Shown: positions 49,301-62,253 of the stretch, piece by piece
Numbering within the stretch: the stretch's first letter is position 1
Layout: each line of letters begins with the position of its first letter
Source: Tubiluchus corallicola
Taxonomy: Eukaryota; Animalia; Priapulida
Direction: 5' to 3'
DNA: 64,000 nt
NCBI GenBank assembly: GCA_030141605.1
Contig: JAQGDQ010000601.1
Coordinates: forward strand, 62,001 to 126,000
Translations under genes and position numbers: made by a program
Notes under the pieces: model-generated
Told to the model about the DNA's origin: nothing
What the model saw: the letters and a program-made list of their open reading frames with translations, nothing else
Database searches by the model: none

Positions 49301-52300
49301 AAAACACTCTCATTTAAGTAATCTTACTAATAATATTAGTAATATCAAAATGCAGGCATAGTCTTGAGAGTTGTTGGCATGTAAAATTCTAAAATATGCT
49401 TGCAGGGCAAATATTACAGGGAAGCCTGACTCAGGCGATCGAACACCTGGTGAAGCACATTATCAGTAATTTCAACTTCAAGATTCTTGCCAGGGCTGAT
49501 TATTTTGTAAACGTGCAACTTTGTCAGTACTCTTGTTCACTACTTTTTCAGTATTCGGCTCTTTACTCAATGTAGAACCTATCTGGAGCGGAGCGTTATG
49601 TTTGACACCAGGTTCGCTGCAGGAGCTGCCGGACTCAGTGAGCATGCTGCACTGGTCCGCCTTCAGAGCTCCACTCCTGATTTGGAAGGTTTACTCCACT
49701 ACACATGGCCGTTAGGTCACTTGACCTCCTCCGCCCTCTAGCCGTTGGCTGCTTGTGCAGCTCCTCCGCCTAGTGTCGAGATACAGTGTGGGAATTCCGC
49801 AAGCCTACAGCACCTAGTATTCCTAGGCGGTCACCCATCCACGTACTAAGCAGGCTCTACGTTGCTTAACTTCGGTGATCAGACGAGACCGGTGTTTTCA
49901 ACGTGATTTGGCCGTAGTTATTGTTCACTACTTTTTCAGTATTCGGCTCTTTACTCAATGTAGAACCTATCTGGACCATTATCAGCAATATGCAACTAGA
50001 ATGAGATAGTGAACCAGCAAGGGTGTTTTAGCTATTTCTGGTGTATAATTACTCTGCGTCAATGAGAGAAGCCATTGGAGCATAATAAATTGCCTAGTAG
50101 CAGCTTCCTTGAAAGTTACGCATCTATTAAATGACTAGGCATAGAAATATTAAAAAAAACTTACGTTCCACATTGCGTATTTTCAGGAAATATATCACCA
50201 CAGCAACATGCACAGCCGCGACAAGAAGGAGAAAGCCAAGAACAGGGGCAATAACAAACTTCCACCAAAAACCCCAGTCTATTACAGCTGAAAAAATGAA
50301 CACTTTTTAACTCACGAGTCTGCAGTTTTTCACTCTTTTCCAAACTTTACTGCCTAAAATAAGAGGATTTCGTATTTTTAGTGTTTGCACAGGTGCAAAG
50401 ATCAAATTACTAGGGGTGCCTAGAAAAGACACACTTCTGGGCCTGGCCGAAGACGGGCCTTACCCACTCAGAAGCTGCAGCAGTGACGTCATGCATTAAT
50501 TTCCTTCACCGGCCTAGTTCTGTGTCTGTGTTCAGAATTCTGCTAGGTGTCTGTGTTCAGAATTCTGCTAGGTGTCTGTGTTCAGAATTCTGCTAGGTGT
50601 CTGTGTTCAGTTTTGCTTCTTTAGTCTTTCCCTTTCCTGACGTCATTAAAGATAGTAACTCTCTTTACAATATTCAAGTTAATACTAAATCTGCATTGTT
50701 TTGTTGCAACTATATTAATCCCTGAGCCAGACAACATCTTGGTACCTCTTCTTGGTACATCTTCAGAGAGCAAATGCCTATGCCTGGAGATTACAAAGAT
50801 GCCTGGTGAACATTTTAATGGCACAGCTTTGTGGACGGTACTGACCCATTCTGATAGTTTTGTGTTAGAAATGATGTATGCCAAGGGAGTGTTTTGTCAC
50901 CTCTACTTCTCTGAACAATTATCTAAATTTGTGTCAGGTACTTGTCGCATTGGCATAATCTCAATAAATTAATTACTTTAAGCTGACGATCGTTGTTCTG
51001 TGGCTCCCACGTTTGGTGGATATAAGATTTTACACAATTTTAATCCTAGAAAACCAATTGTATTTATTTTATACCAACTAATTCATCTATATCACTCCTG
51101 AGGATGCACATATATGCATGCTTGACAAAATAAAACGAGAAATTGACGATGTCTAACGATTGCTCTGATGTTTTTAAACCCAAATATATACCCAGATAGT
51201 ATCTCACTTTCAACTATTTGCGTCAATTGTCAGTAATACACACTCACCTACATATGTTGCCTCTACCTCGTCTATATATTGTAGTAATTTTCTACCTCAT
51301 TTCAACTGATCTTAACAAAGTGTTAGAGAGCGTATTCTTTATAACTGTAATGCGATGCTACACGGTTTAATGAACAACTCATATTCTTGGATGTTGCTGC
51401 GGCTCAGCGGATAATAAAGTGATACTCAGTTATCCAGTGAGCCGACGTAAAACTGTGTTTAAAAAGAAATGGATGTAAAGAAATGGTACAATGCCTTCAG
51501 TCGTGTAATTGTGAAATTAAAAGCCTTTTGAATGATCCATTTCTTCACATCTGCCATTTCACATTCAGAAACAGTAAAATTAAGCAGAAATTCCACAATT
51601 GCAGACAGCTACTACCTTTTCAAATTACATTCATATTAATAAAGGTGTATCTTTTTTCTACTTACAATATGCTGTTACTTCGGCTGTTCTACTATATTCA
51701 TAATCTAAAAACAAAAATATAATCGCAAGTTATCACAGCTGAAAAAATTTTTGAAAGAAAGAAGAAAGATTAAAGATATAAAATGTTGGCAGGTTAAAAA
51801 ATTTTAAATAATAGCAGGCAATAAAATAAGTGCAAAGCGCATCGGTTTGATTTTTCAGCCAAATTTGCAATGCACCCATGTGCAATTATGCCCACTGCAA
51901 CCAAATCCAATACAAATACTATAATTATATGCGATAAAATGTAAGTAAATTGAAAATTGATGATATATTACAAATAAACAATTTAGGGTTTAGTGGGGAA
52001 ATGTAAAAAAATTGTTCCCCGTGCGATCATGACAGTCTAACATTTCCAACGTTAGATCGCTCAAGCTAGAGTGATTTTAACTAATTAGAGAAGTTTTATT
52101 CTTATAATACAGACGTGTAAAGAATAAGTTCGGGTGGGGGACTCGCTGAATTCCAGGCTGTGGATCAAAAAGTCAGATACACAATGTACAATTTGGTCTG
52201 ATATAAAATCGTTCTTGTGAAATTTCATGACGATCCGCTGCGAATTCGCAATTAAAGCTTAAAGGACAAGAAAAGGGATACCTGAAGTAGCTTTCAGAAA

Positions 52301-55300
52301 CATCGCCTTAAAAAATTATATTACTTTATAGCAATTTTATGCTTATATTTTACTCGCGTTTGAAAAAATTTTGTTCCTTACTTTCATTTTAACTCTCCCG
52401 CAATACTGTTCCGACCGCGTCACTAGATGACGTCATATACGCACAAAGTAAATCAGGGGAAGAAAAGGAAATGTTAAACTATGTCCCAAAAGCTTTCCAT
52501 TATTTAGCATACCTGGCTTACCTGCTGGAAAGACTTGTGTAACTAGAAAAGAAAATTATTAACGATCTAAAATGTTTTCACCAATTTAATTTTAAATCTT
52601 TTGGCAAGATACAGTAAGTAAAAATTTTACTTAGTTAGTGACGTGTCTGCTATGAATGCTCAGATTATTTTTTCAAACTTTACTCACTGTTATCTAGACT
52701 TGTTTCAAATGACTTATTGTCAAAATGGCTGCATATAACGCACAGCGTTACTGCCGTTGCAAGCACTGCATGCAAAAGGCAGTACATAAGTGATATTAAA
52801 TTTCAATAAGAGTTTATGTCAATGGAGGGTTTTCTTGTGCTTTAATTTTTTTCGAAAACGATGCTATCACCGTCATCTTGAATTCGTAACGATACGGATT
52901 GAAAATCCGACCTAGTCAATATATGCGGAATTCATTCGAGTATATTTCTATAAAATGATCCATTGTGGATTCACGTAGCTCTTTTACGTTTTTTTGAAGA
53001 TGATGTTATTGTCGCCATCTATTCAAAATGGGAGATCAAAAGTCTGCTTCTGTCATTCCATACAAAATATATCACGTTCTAGTGTATTCCCTTAATAAAG
53101 TTTCATTACAATCCATTGTAGAATCAGATAGCCTTAGCTTTTTTCGTAAATGATGTTACTGAAGCTATCTTGAATTCAAAATGGCAAATAAAAAATGCGA
53201 CATGCAGAACTTGTTTTAATGTGTTCTTATAAAGTTTTAGAATCATCTGTTGCAACCTAGCTGTGCCTAGGATTTTTTGAAAATGATGTAATTGTCACCA
53301 TTCTAAATTCAAAGTGGCAGATTGAAAATCCGACTCCATCGATCAGTACGAAATTCGTTCCAGAATATTGGCTATGAAATCTTACTGTGATGGCCCATTG
53401 CCAATTGGCAGAGCCTTAGATCTAAGCTTTTTTGGAAACTGACGTTATTGCCGCCATCTTGAATTCAAAATGACGGTTCGACAATCCAGTCGATGCAGAA
53501 TTTGTTTTAGTATATTCGCTTGAAGTTTCATGATAACGCGTTCTATATTCGTGGACACCCTACCAAACAAGAAACATCCAGATAAGAAATCATTGGTCGA
53601 GCTACGACCTTAAAGTTATACAGTAAAACTATGGTTATGTGTTTGATTATAGAAATAATGAACTTGAACTACATCTACTTTGCATATTAAGAGAAAGATT
53701 GTTAGGATAATAGATAGACATTTTTTTATTAATAGATGTGTGGCCAAATGCTAAAATTTTATCATTGAAATCAGTAATTTGGTTAGAGGGTTAAACAGGT
53801 CAATGGTCATGCATGCTAGACTGATTCTAAATAATTAGATTTTTTAATTCAGTTTTTTAATTTTCAGCTTGAAGTTGCCTTGGGTAATTATCAAGATAAT
53901 TATTAATGATGGCACAAACAAACACACAAACAAATGAACTGTAGAAAATAAACTTTTCAAAAACAGGTAATGTGAAAAAATTGACAGAACCTGGATTTGA
54001 ATCAGCGACTTAATTATTTACCTTGGTAGGAATATCCTCTGCAACCACATTTATAGGGTCCATCACGACCGAAATCCATATTCCAAATCGATATACCATG
54101 ATTTCCGCTCTTCAGTCGATTTTGCTCAATCGTAATTAGATAGTCAGTGTATTGAGTTTCTTCTACAATAATGACTGCGCCCCATAGGTACCAAATGCAA
54201 GAATAGTTTTTGTTGTAATGGTTAACGAATTCTTCAGTTACCACGCATTGCATTATAGCTCCTTCTCCAATGGCTACCACTACGTCTTCTGGCTCCTTGT
54301 AGAAAACTAACGGCTTTTCCAAAAATTTTATTTCAATTTCGAAACCCCTATTTGTTACGAGGGAGTTAGACGTGAAATGAAGAAACATCGACTGACCAGA
54401 AGACTCATAACCTGGAGGAAGTGTGTCGCCACAAAGTTTAGCTATCCTGGACGATTCATCAACATCGCTCCCATCGTAGATGTAAAGCGCATCGAAAACA
54501 CAAAGGTCGTCGTACTCGACTGCAAACTTTTTGAATGATATATATACAATCTGAAAATGACGCAGCGGTTAAGATACGTTCTAAATGACTATGAAGCAAA
54601 TAATTGCTTTACTAAACTTAGAAGTGAATATGGCAAAGCAACATTGCATATAGTGGTCATTACTGTATAATACTATAGATAGAGGTTTAAGATTCAAAGG
54701 GACACAAAGGCAGTTAAAAACGGCCCTACTGAGAGAAGTTTTACCTTAGTTTATTTTAATAACCAGCATATTTCATATACCTTTTATGCATTTGTGCCTT
54801 ATTGTGTTTAGAATATGTGCGCGTGGGAGTAGTGTGTTTTAATCTAATATATAATATCTTATTACCCATGTATTGGTAAAGTTTAATGTATATTTTGTAC
54901 TGTGATTTATATTTTAACACTTTTTAAACTATAAAATTTCTGAAAATGTATACGATTTTAGCCTTATCTACTATTTAAACTTTATAGATGTGCATAATTT
55001 TACTAGGGATGTATCGCAGTATGTTGTGTTTATTCTATAATTCTTAACTTTACATTTTAAGAACAGCATTTTTTATTTTTAAAATTCAATATGCTTAATT
55101 TATTATTGGATGTATGTGGATGTATTATTTTTGTGTTTTATTTATTTTACAATACTTTTCCTAAATTCTTATTTTTAGTACTAGTATTTCTTGTTTTTTA
55201 GTAATTAACATGCTAATTTTACTTTGGATGTCTTGCAATGTGTTGTGTTTATTTTATAATGGTTTTCTTAATTTCTTGTTTTTAGTATTTACTAACCACA

Positions 55301-58300
55301 CTTGGGCCATGATGGAAATAACGTTAAGTCTTTACATATCCAAGCAAAAACCAAATTTGTTTCTCTTCTACTTACCTGGGTAAATGACAAACGACCAAGG
55401 TTTTTTACATTTTTACCTGTTTTGACATGGACATTGTTAACATTATTAATCTAATGATCATTACTATGTCATAAACATTATTGCACTGATTGCATTTATT
55501 GTGATGTATTTTGTTTACCACAGCAGTTTTTTTGTATTGTTGTGTAAACGAATGACTACAAGTTACTATTAGATGGAGCAATATGATTGAAGTAGCAAGA
55601 TGTGTTTGAGATATGACATCATGAGCTGACAAGGATTTCTCGTTTCTGCTGCCTGATTTAGAATGATTCACGATGTCATGGGCTCCAGTATGAATAACAT
55701 CACTGCTGACATATGAAGGTAGCTTCTGTAGTCGTCTCCCCATGGCTGTCTGTCATCTGTAAATTGATTTGGTCGTCCTGTATGAGTCTACGTGTTACAT
55801 TTTCTGCCCTAATTCTACAAGGTGCCTCTGTACTCACTATAACCTACAGCAGGGTGTCTTACCATGTGACGAAGTCCAAATTTGGACCTGTTTTTATTTC
55901 TTCTTCTTCAAGGTCTCATTCCATCTATTGCAGACATTGAGGTATCAACATTTATTAGAGCATTCCACCCACTTCTATCTGCAACTAACAGCGTAAGTTC
56001 TTCTACTCCTAAAGATAGATTTGGTTAAAGTTGTTGAACATCTTTATTTATCTTAGCTATCCAAGTTGTTACTGGTTTGCCAGGTGGTTTTTTGCAAAGT
56101 TTAACTTGATAAATTGATTTGAGCTGGAAAGATGGTTTCATCATCTCATTTTGCAAAAACAACGGTAGCCTACTTTCCAATTATCTTCCTATCCAATCAC
56201 GCTAAAGTTGTCACACATATCATTACGGACAGGATCAAGCGTCTCCTCTTTTCAGCAAACTGACTTTACTCCTTAGCATTGCATCACCAAGTGCATCCTC
56301 ACCACCTCAGAACCCTGGACTAGCAGAAGAGGAAGGGAGGAGAGAGGTAGTTTGCAAAGTTTTCTTGGTAGGTTCTTTTACACTGACTGTAACTCTCTGG
56401 CTGCTATAATGGTTTGGAGTTCTTACAAAGTTCATCTCCAGTCTCAAAGTACATTACCAGCAGAGTTCAGAAAAAGGCTGCTCTTGGATCTCTTTGCCAA
56501 ACCTTCGGGCATTTATCAAGGCACTCGCCATTTTTCAACTCGTTCAACATTCCTACTGAAGTCCTGGTGGAGACCTAATGTCCACGCCTCCCCACCAGCT
56601 GTTACCATCATTTCGTGATTTCTGTTTTGCAAACGATGTTACACTCTTTACAAAACTGATTGCAGGCTTCCAGGTGCATTTGAAATGTGCCCATTGGAAG
56701 TCTCACCATTGGGCCTTACTATCCAAGCGAAGATTAAATTCCCGAGACTTCACGTCCAGTTCCTTCTACCTCTGACACAGGAGAAGGCGTACAAGTTGTG
56801 AGTCATTTTATTTACCTTAGTTCAAAGATCACTTCTAATCCAAGTCCAAGATAGAAAAACGTACTTAGCTTGTGAGGATTACCTTTAGTCACTCGAAGGT
56901 TTGCTGCAGCTATAATATCAGATGACCAAAAAAAACCATCTACTGCACAGCACCATGATGTCAGTTTTGCTTCATGGCGGTGAGACATGTACCCCTTTGA
57001 CGACTGATTGACGACACTCACTGACGACCTCACTGATACCTCACTGACGACCTCGGGCTCCTATTGAGGCCTTCCATCAAAGTCACTTGCATGCCACACT
57101 TTGCCTGCTAAATTTACTTTTTCACCAAGAAGAATCGGGGGAGGGGGCACATAACCTCGACAGTAACTAGAAGGCTACAGCAGAATGAAGCCTCTTGCTA
57201 CGTTGTCTTTTTGCATCATTACATAGCATCATAATAGAGTCTTCGGTTTTTATCACAATGTGTTTTCACTTATTGCCGTACCAAGTTTGCAACACGGTCA
57301 GAACATCTGCAAAAGCCATTAACTAAAGTCCTAAAGCAATAGGTCGTTTTCTGATCAATGGCTCACGCAGTGGGGACATTTTAACTTCCTGTTTAACACC
57401 ATTCTGTTTTTTTTTTACTAATGGCAGGCATCATACCTTTTTTGTATGAGATTTATTTAATAAAAATGGCATGCTAAAGTTAATAAATAATTTAAGGGGC
57501 AAAAATCCTATGTCGAGCAATAGAGTTTGTTTATGTCGCCCAATTTGTAAAAATGTATGCTTTGAGTCGAGAAACGTGAAATGGGGCGAAGGAAATAGCC
57601 AGGGCACCAGGCGCTGGGTGTGCTTACCGCATCAACACACCTTAATCCGGCCCTGTAAAAGCTGTGTGATATGGGTTTACTATGACGTCAGTAACTGTTT
57701 TTTATTTTGTACACCAAAAAAACTCCGCAAACAAAAGCTTACCATTGACTGAGGAGCAATGATGAGCCATCTACAATCTGCGTAATTTGGGTAATATCCT
57801 GGATATCCTGGAGAATATATTGAACTTTCTGTTGTTACTTCCAGAACTTCGCCGTTGCACTCATGTGGTGGTACAGTTGGTTTCGTAGTCGGTGCCACTG
57901 TATCAGTAGTCGTATCATTGGCAGTAGTTGTATAACTGTCAACTGTCAATAAACAATAATTATGCTCATTACTGTTCATTTTTACGTCCATCATTACAAT
58001 GTACCTATTCGTTTTGACAATTTAGGCTGTCATATGTGCTTCTTGCTTACATCGATGACATTCTTTCGAAGTCCTGTTGTAATAGATGTTATCAAAGGCC
58101 AGCTAAATGTTGTTGCAAAATATTATGCAATACTTTTATTATTTTTTTTACTTCTTAATTACTTTTGGTTAGGAAACGTTGATATTTCCTATCTACATGG
58201 ATCACTGTACTACCCTTTCAGTTAACTGGTTAAGCTCAAAATATATACAATTGAGAAAGGTAGCACCAACATCAGCAGCATCAGCACCACCAGCAGCAGT

Positions 58301-58845
58301 AGTAGTAGTAGTAGCAGCAGCAGCAGTAGTAGTATGACAATGTATGTTGAAGATGATAATGATGATGATGACGATGATGCCGAACAATACGACGTTAGAA
58401 AATGATGACAATGACAACAATGACAATGATGAAGATGGTGACGACTGCAACATTTATCCCCACCATGCCTATAACCTGTATATTTCTACACTACGCAGCA
58501 GCCTATGCACATGGAAGCTATCACAAGCATACCCTAGCTTGGGTAATATTCACGTAGTAATTTAGTATGAACTTTACGTCTTATATTAAACTTTACACTT
58601 TTCACCTAGAAGGTTTGTGATTGTTCGTCAGTCTTATTCACACGATGATAAAATTTTTAACGCTCGGTTACAAAAATCAGTTGAATGTGAATTTTTGACA
58701 GATAAAACCTAGCTAAAATCTTTTGCCAAAATCAGATTATAATATAATTATTTATCTTACCAAAAGTATCATGTAGAGCAATCCGCGAAGTAATTAGTAA
58801 TACTGACAAAAGTAGAAAAACGTTACAGTTCTTGTATAAACCCAT
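46367..58845 (-). CDS. Single-pass membrane protein: signal peptide, Thr-rich segment, CUB domain, Ig-like domain, TM helix, short tail (~344 aa model)
   Basis: Frame-consistent exons: 58761-58845 (MGLYKNCNVFLLLSVLLITSRIAL), 57743-57942 (CNGEVL..IYSPGYPGYYPNYADCRWLIIAP), 54022-54550 (rest of CUB: CVFDALYIYDG..KLCG..MFLHFTSN..RGF; Ig: EPEDVVV..MQC..W..DGPYKC), micro-exon 52522-52542, 50165-50287 (TM: WWKFVIAPVLGFLLLVAAVHVAVVIYFLKIR), 46367-46443 (ends DSCVQAI*). The last three exons are less certain. Confidence 0.75.
47463..48400 (+). mobile_element. Possible LTR retrotransposon remnant (LTR 47463-47904 plus decayed gag-like start)
   Basis: TGTTG...CAACA termini with an internal TATA-like site and AATAAA, followed by ATGGCTTCC.. 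and a stop-interrupted basic ORF; no second LTR or TSD found. Confidence 0.4.
48773..49037. mobile_element. hAT-type MITE
   Basis: TIRs CAGGGCCTATTTCA / TGAAATAGGCCCTG; perfect 8-bp TSD CCCACATA (48765-48772, 49038-49045). Confidence 0.92.
49588..49920 (-). mobile_element. 5S rRNA-derived SINE (SINE3-type), 333 bp, flanked by a 55-bp direct duplication
   Basis: 5S head 49801-49919 joined without an oligo-T terminator to a ~210-bp GC-rich body ending GCTCCGC(TCC); identical flanks at 49533-49587 and 49921-49975. Confidence 0.85.
49801..49919 (-). rRNA. Full-length 5S rRNA-like sequence (SINE head, probably not a functional rDNA unit)
   Basis: Reverse complement AACTACGGCCAAATCACGTTGAAAACACCGGTCTCGTCTGATCACCGAAGTTAAGCAACGTAGAGCCTGCTTAGTACGTGGATGGGTGACCGCCTAGGAATACTAGGTGCTGTAGGCTT matches the metazoan 5S layout, including boxes A and C. 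Confidence 0.85.
50522..50610. repeat. 25-bp minisatellite, about 3.6 copies
   Basis: Unit GTGTCTGTGTTCAGAATTCTGCTAG. Confidence 0.95.
50700..50930 (+). mobile_element. Decayed LINE reverse-transcriptase fragment
   Basis: 50858 onward reads FCVRNDVCQGSVLSPLLL*, matching the RT GVxQGxVLSPxLF motif. Confidence 0.65.
52850..53615. repeat. Degenerate ~130-155-bp tandem array (5 units), resembling a Helentron-associated (HINE) element
   Basis: Recurring TGA(T/C)GTTATTG(T/C)CGCCATCTTGAATTCAAAATGGC core near 52860, 53003, 53151, 53283 and 53440; ends in the short hairpin GGTCGAGCTACGACC. Confidence 0.65.
58262..58445. repeat. Compound trinucleotide repeats (CAG/TAG/GAT/GAC)
   Basis: Directly visible, in intron 1 of the CUB-Ig gene. 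Confidence 0.9.
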
Positions 58846-61800
58846 TTTGCTTCTACTGTGATGAAAACAAAATTAAATACAAGTATCAGGTCTACACCCG
58901 ATGATTTATCACTAATATAAACACGAATATGGACTCTTTACACACAATTATACCTTTGACATTTAATTGCCATTTAATAATCTTATGCGGATGCAAACAC
59001 GCGCGCATTTGATCGGTTGCATAGTTTTATTTCAGAACAAAGTCCATAAATATTACAACACAAATCATAATTAACAATTAAACATTATAATATAAATCAA
59101 TATAGCAATTATCGGTTAGTAGTATCTCACAATTAAATACACTTAATTAATTATTTGCAATATTTACAATTTAGCTTTATTGTGCTACAATTCAAAGGCA
59201 TTTATTCCAGTTTGGCTAATATAAACTAATTCTGCTGTCATCTCTGTGTTATCATTTGTCACTTATGTCACTTGACTCTGAATGGTACATTTGTTAACTA
59301 TCATACATGCTGTGAAGTACGTGAAGCGAGATTAAAGTCTGAGCAGTACACTCACACCATGAAGTTTAAGTATTATATTCACGTTTAAACAATTGAAAAA
59401 TGCAACGGAGAAACCACGTTTCAGCTTGTATTTCAAGGGCAACGTCTCGACTACAATTGCACAGTACCTAAGCTTCTTCAATACGCTGGACAATACACTG
59501 GACAACATTTTGACCAATAACATGCCAAGATTAGTGTTATACACCGGGGGGTCGCTCTTAACCTGTAGAATTTCACTACAGATATTATACCACAACGTAA
59601 AAGCATAGATCAATAAAAAGTGTATTTTAGTCTGATGCCAAGTTATAATAAAGTTAACCAATGAAAAATCAATGTTTATATCAATGTTTAGAAGAATCGT
59701 ACAATAAAAGTCTTTTATTAGCCCAATTACGGCAACATCTTCGGCAAGTCTTACATGAAACGAAATGTCGCGATGTAGTGTCGCTTTCGTATATTTCATG
59801 CGAGTTTTGGTGGCCTCGACATTTGCTTTACAACTTTTCTGCAGCGATTTTACTCTACCTGCTCTAGAGTCGTGCGCCTGAAGTTATAAATCTGATTCCA
59901 ATAAAAGTAACAATATCAATGTTTATTAACAACATATAATAATCATAGCTTATACGCAATGGTGAGCAACGAGGACGAAGATTTTTGCAGCCACTACCGG
60001 ATTGGGTGTCCAGGATATGTGAATGACTCTTAAAGCAAATGCCAAGTCTCTCGGGAAGTTGAGCTTATTTTAATATTTGAAAAAAATGTCAGAAAGTTTC
60101 AGCAATAAAATTGTTATAAGCGGCTCGTGTAATTAGTAAATCAATTTATAGTTGCGATCACTTTAAGCTTGAGCGATTTTTAGACGAATGTAAAAATACA
60201 GTTCCGGTTCGCATGTAAAATAAATACTTATCCCGTCAGCAATATTTTATTTGACTTATAGAGCAAACTCTATAAACAAAGTAGCCCGCTCGGCACGTAC
60301 TATTTGCTCGCAAGTTTGCCTGCGTATCTGAAAGTCAAAAAAATTCTACAATTTAATATTTACACAATTAACGTACACTAATTAGGCATTTTAATATATA
60401 TAGCTGTACAATAAAGCTATTTAACCACTTTAAATTGAGAATTGATCCAATGACTAATTTCAAGAAAAACACAGTTAAACACAGCGTCAGAGAAAATAGA
60501 ACTTCTAAGCAAACTGTAGAAATTTTGCAACGCTTACCTTCACAACAGCTTACCTTCACGATTCACGCTGCCCAGCAGACACCAGCTTACGTCATTTTTT
60601 TTTTCAAAATATGCCGGCAGCCACGTGCGTTTGGTCGTAAATAAAAAGTATTTCAATTTCTTTTACATTTTTAAGCAAAGTGTTTTATGAGGATATTTTG
60701 TGTTGTAATTTCAATATTTTAAACTGTACAGTGAAATGCAATAAATGTTCTTCGAGGGTTGGTTCTTCCTTTAAGTACTTGCGTGACGTCATGCGTCACG
60801 TGTTTTGGGAAGGGTTCCCAACTTTTCACGACAGTCGATATAACAGCAAAAAAAGCGGCATAAAACTTCAAATTTAAACTGTAAACATTCTCAAAAGATG
60901 GCCAAGATACTTAATAAAAGTTTTACCACAAGATAAACGCCATTCATCAATTAGCGTTTGAGTCATCCTGTATTTAAATAAAAAGCGGCCCAAGCACATG
61001 TCCTATGGCATAATGTCGCTTAGGTTACTCTCCATGGCCATTCTGATATTATGTCACATTTTATCGCAAATCAAAGATATCGACTGCTATTGGGAAAAGT
61101 AACTAGACAAATTAATATTTTCTCTACGCCGTATGCAAGATCATACAGCACCCATGAAATAAGGTAAAAAAGCACATGATCTGGATTTAAGATTTGCAGG
61201 GAAACGCCAAGCTTATTGGGAACATACCTCCACACAATAAAATTGTATATAGGCGATATTGAGGATTAAAAATATTATTCTCAGTACTCTGTACTATTAC
61301 GCATCCACCTATAATTAACAATTCTCATTATGCGTGCATATGCTCCAGTTGACATATTTACAAGAACTTCTGAAGCTAGCATGCCACAAACGGTTATAAT
61401 GTTGCTGCGTTATTTTAAGCCTGTTTTGTTTACTGTAGCTCTAAAAGTAAAATTTCATAAAAGTAAAATAAATAAAAGTCCTTTTGTTTACAGTTACACA
61501 AGTAGTATACAGAAAAACTATCACATGTTAAACTTTGTTTTTACTTCGGCACGACACATATTACATTATATAACAACAATTACACTGTAATTGAATAACA
61601 TTATCACCAGAGACTGAAATTTTAGTCTACAAATGACAACCTACTGTATGTTTGCCTGTATATAGTAATGTTGCAGATCTTAAATTAACCAAAATTCAAA
61701 AGATTATAAATTTTGCACTTTTGAAACTTCCGTGTCAGAGAGTTTTTGCCGACATGCCGTCAACTTGCGACGTAAAACTCTCTATGTTGTTAAGCGCGTT

Positions 61801-62029
61801 TGGAAGGGAGAAACCATAACACTAAATTACGGCGAATAAGACAGTGCATGCATGCCCAGAGTTACCAACTTAGCACTGTTTTAAATGTTGATACAGGTGC
61901 ATAATTAGTTCCGTCAAAGATTTGTTTATTTATTATAATTACTATACGGAATCCGTCCACTTCATTTCGTTTTAACGTCCAGAAGCAGCTGATCAATTCG
62001 GTAACCGCGCGTTCCGCACACACAGCACA

Positions 62030-62253
62030 ACGTACTGGATACGTTGCAGTTCAGCCCAACAAACGTGCTGGCAACGTTTACATAAACGTACTGCATACGT
62101 CGCAGCTCAGCCCAACAAACGTGCTGGCAGCGTTTACATAAACGTACTGCATACGTCGCAGCTCAGCCCAACAAACGTGCTGGCAGCGTTTACATAAACG
62201 TACTGCATACGTCGCAGCTCAGCCCAACAAACTTACTGCCAACGTTTACGTAA
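62030..62253. repeat. 56-bp minisatellite, 4 copies
   Basis: Unit ACGTACTGCATACGTCGCAGCTCAGCCCAACAAACGTGCTGGCAGCGTTTACATAA at 62030, 62086, 62142 and 62198. Confidence 0.95.

Noticed and set aside
49801-49919. Functional 5S rDNA gene
   Set aside because: Single copy, no downstream oligo-T terminator, fused to a body and bracketed by a 55-bp duplication, which fits a retroposed SINE better
59332-59867. Overlapping ORFs of 68-155 aa
   Set aside because: No recognisable motif, splice structure or consistent frame
62030-62253. CRISPR-like array (also 50522-50610 and 15553-16000)
   Set aside because: Head-to-tail repeats without unique spacers, no cas genes, eukaryotic context
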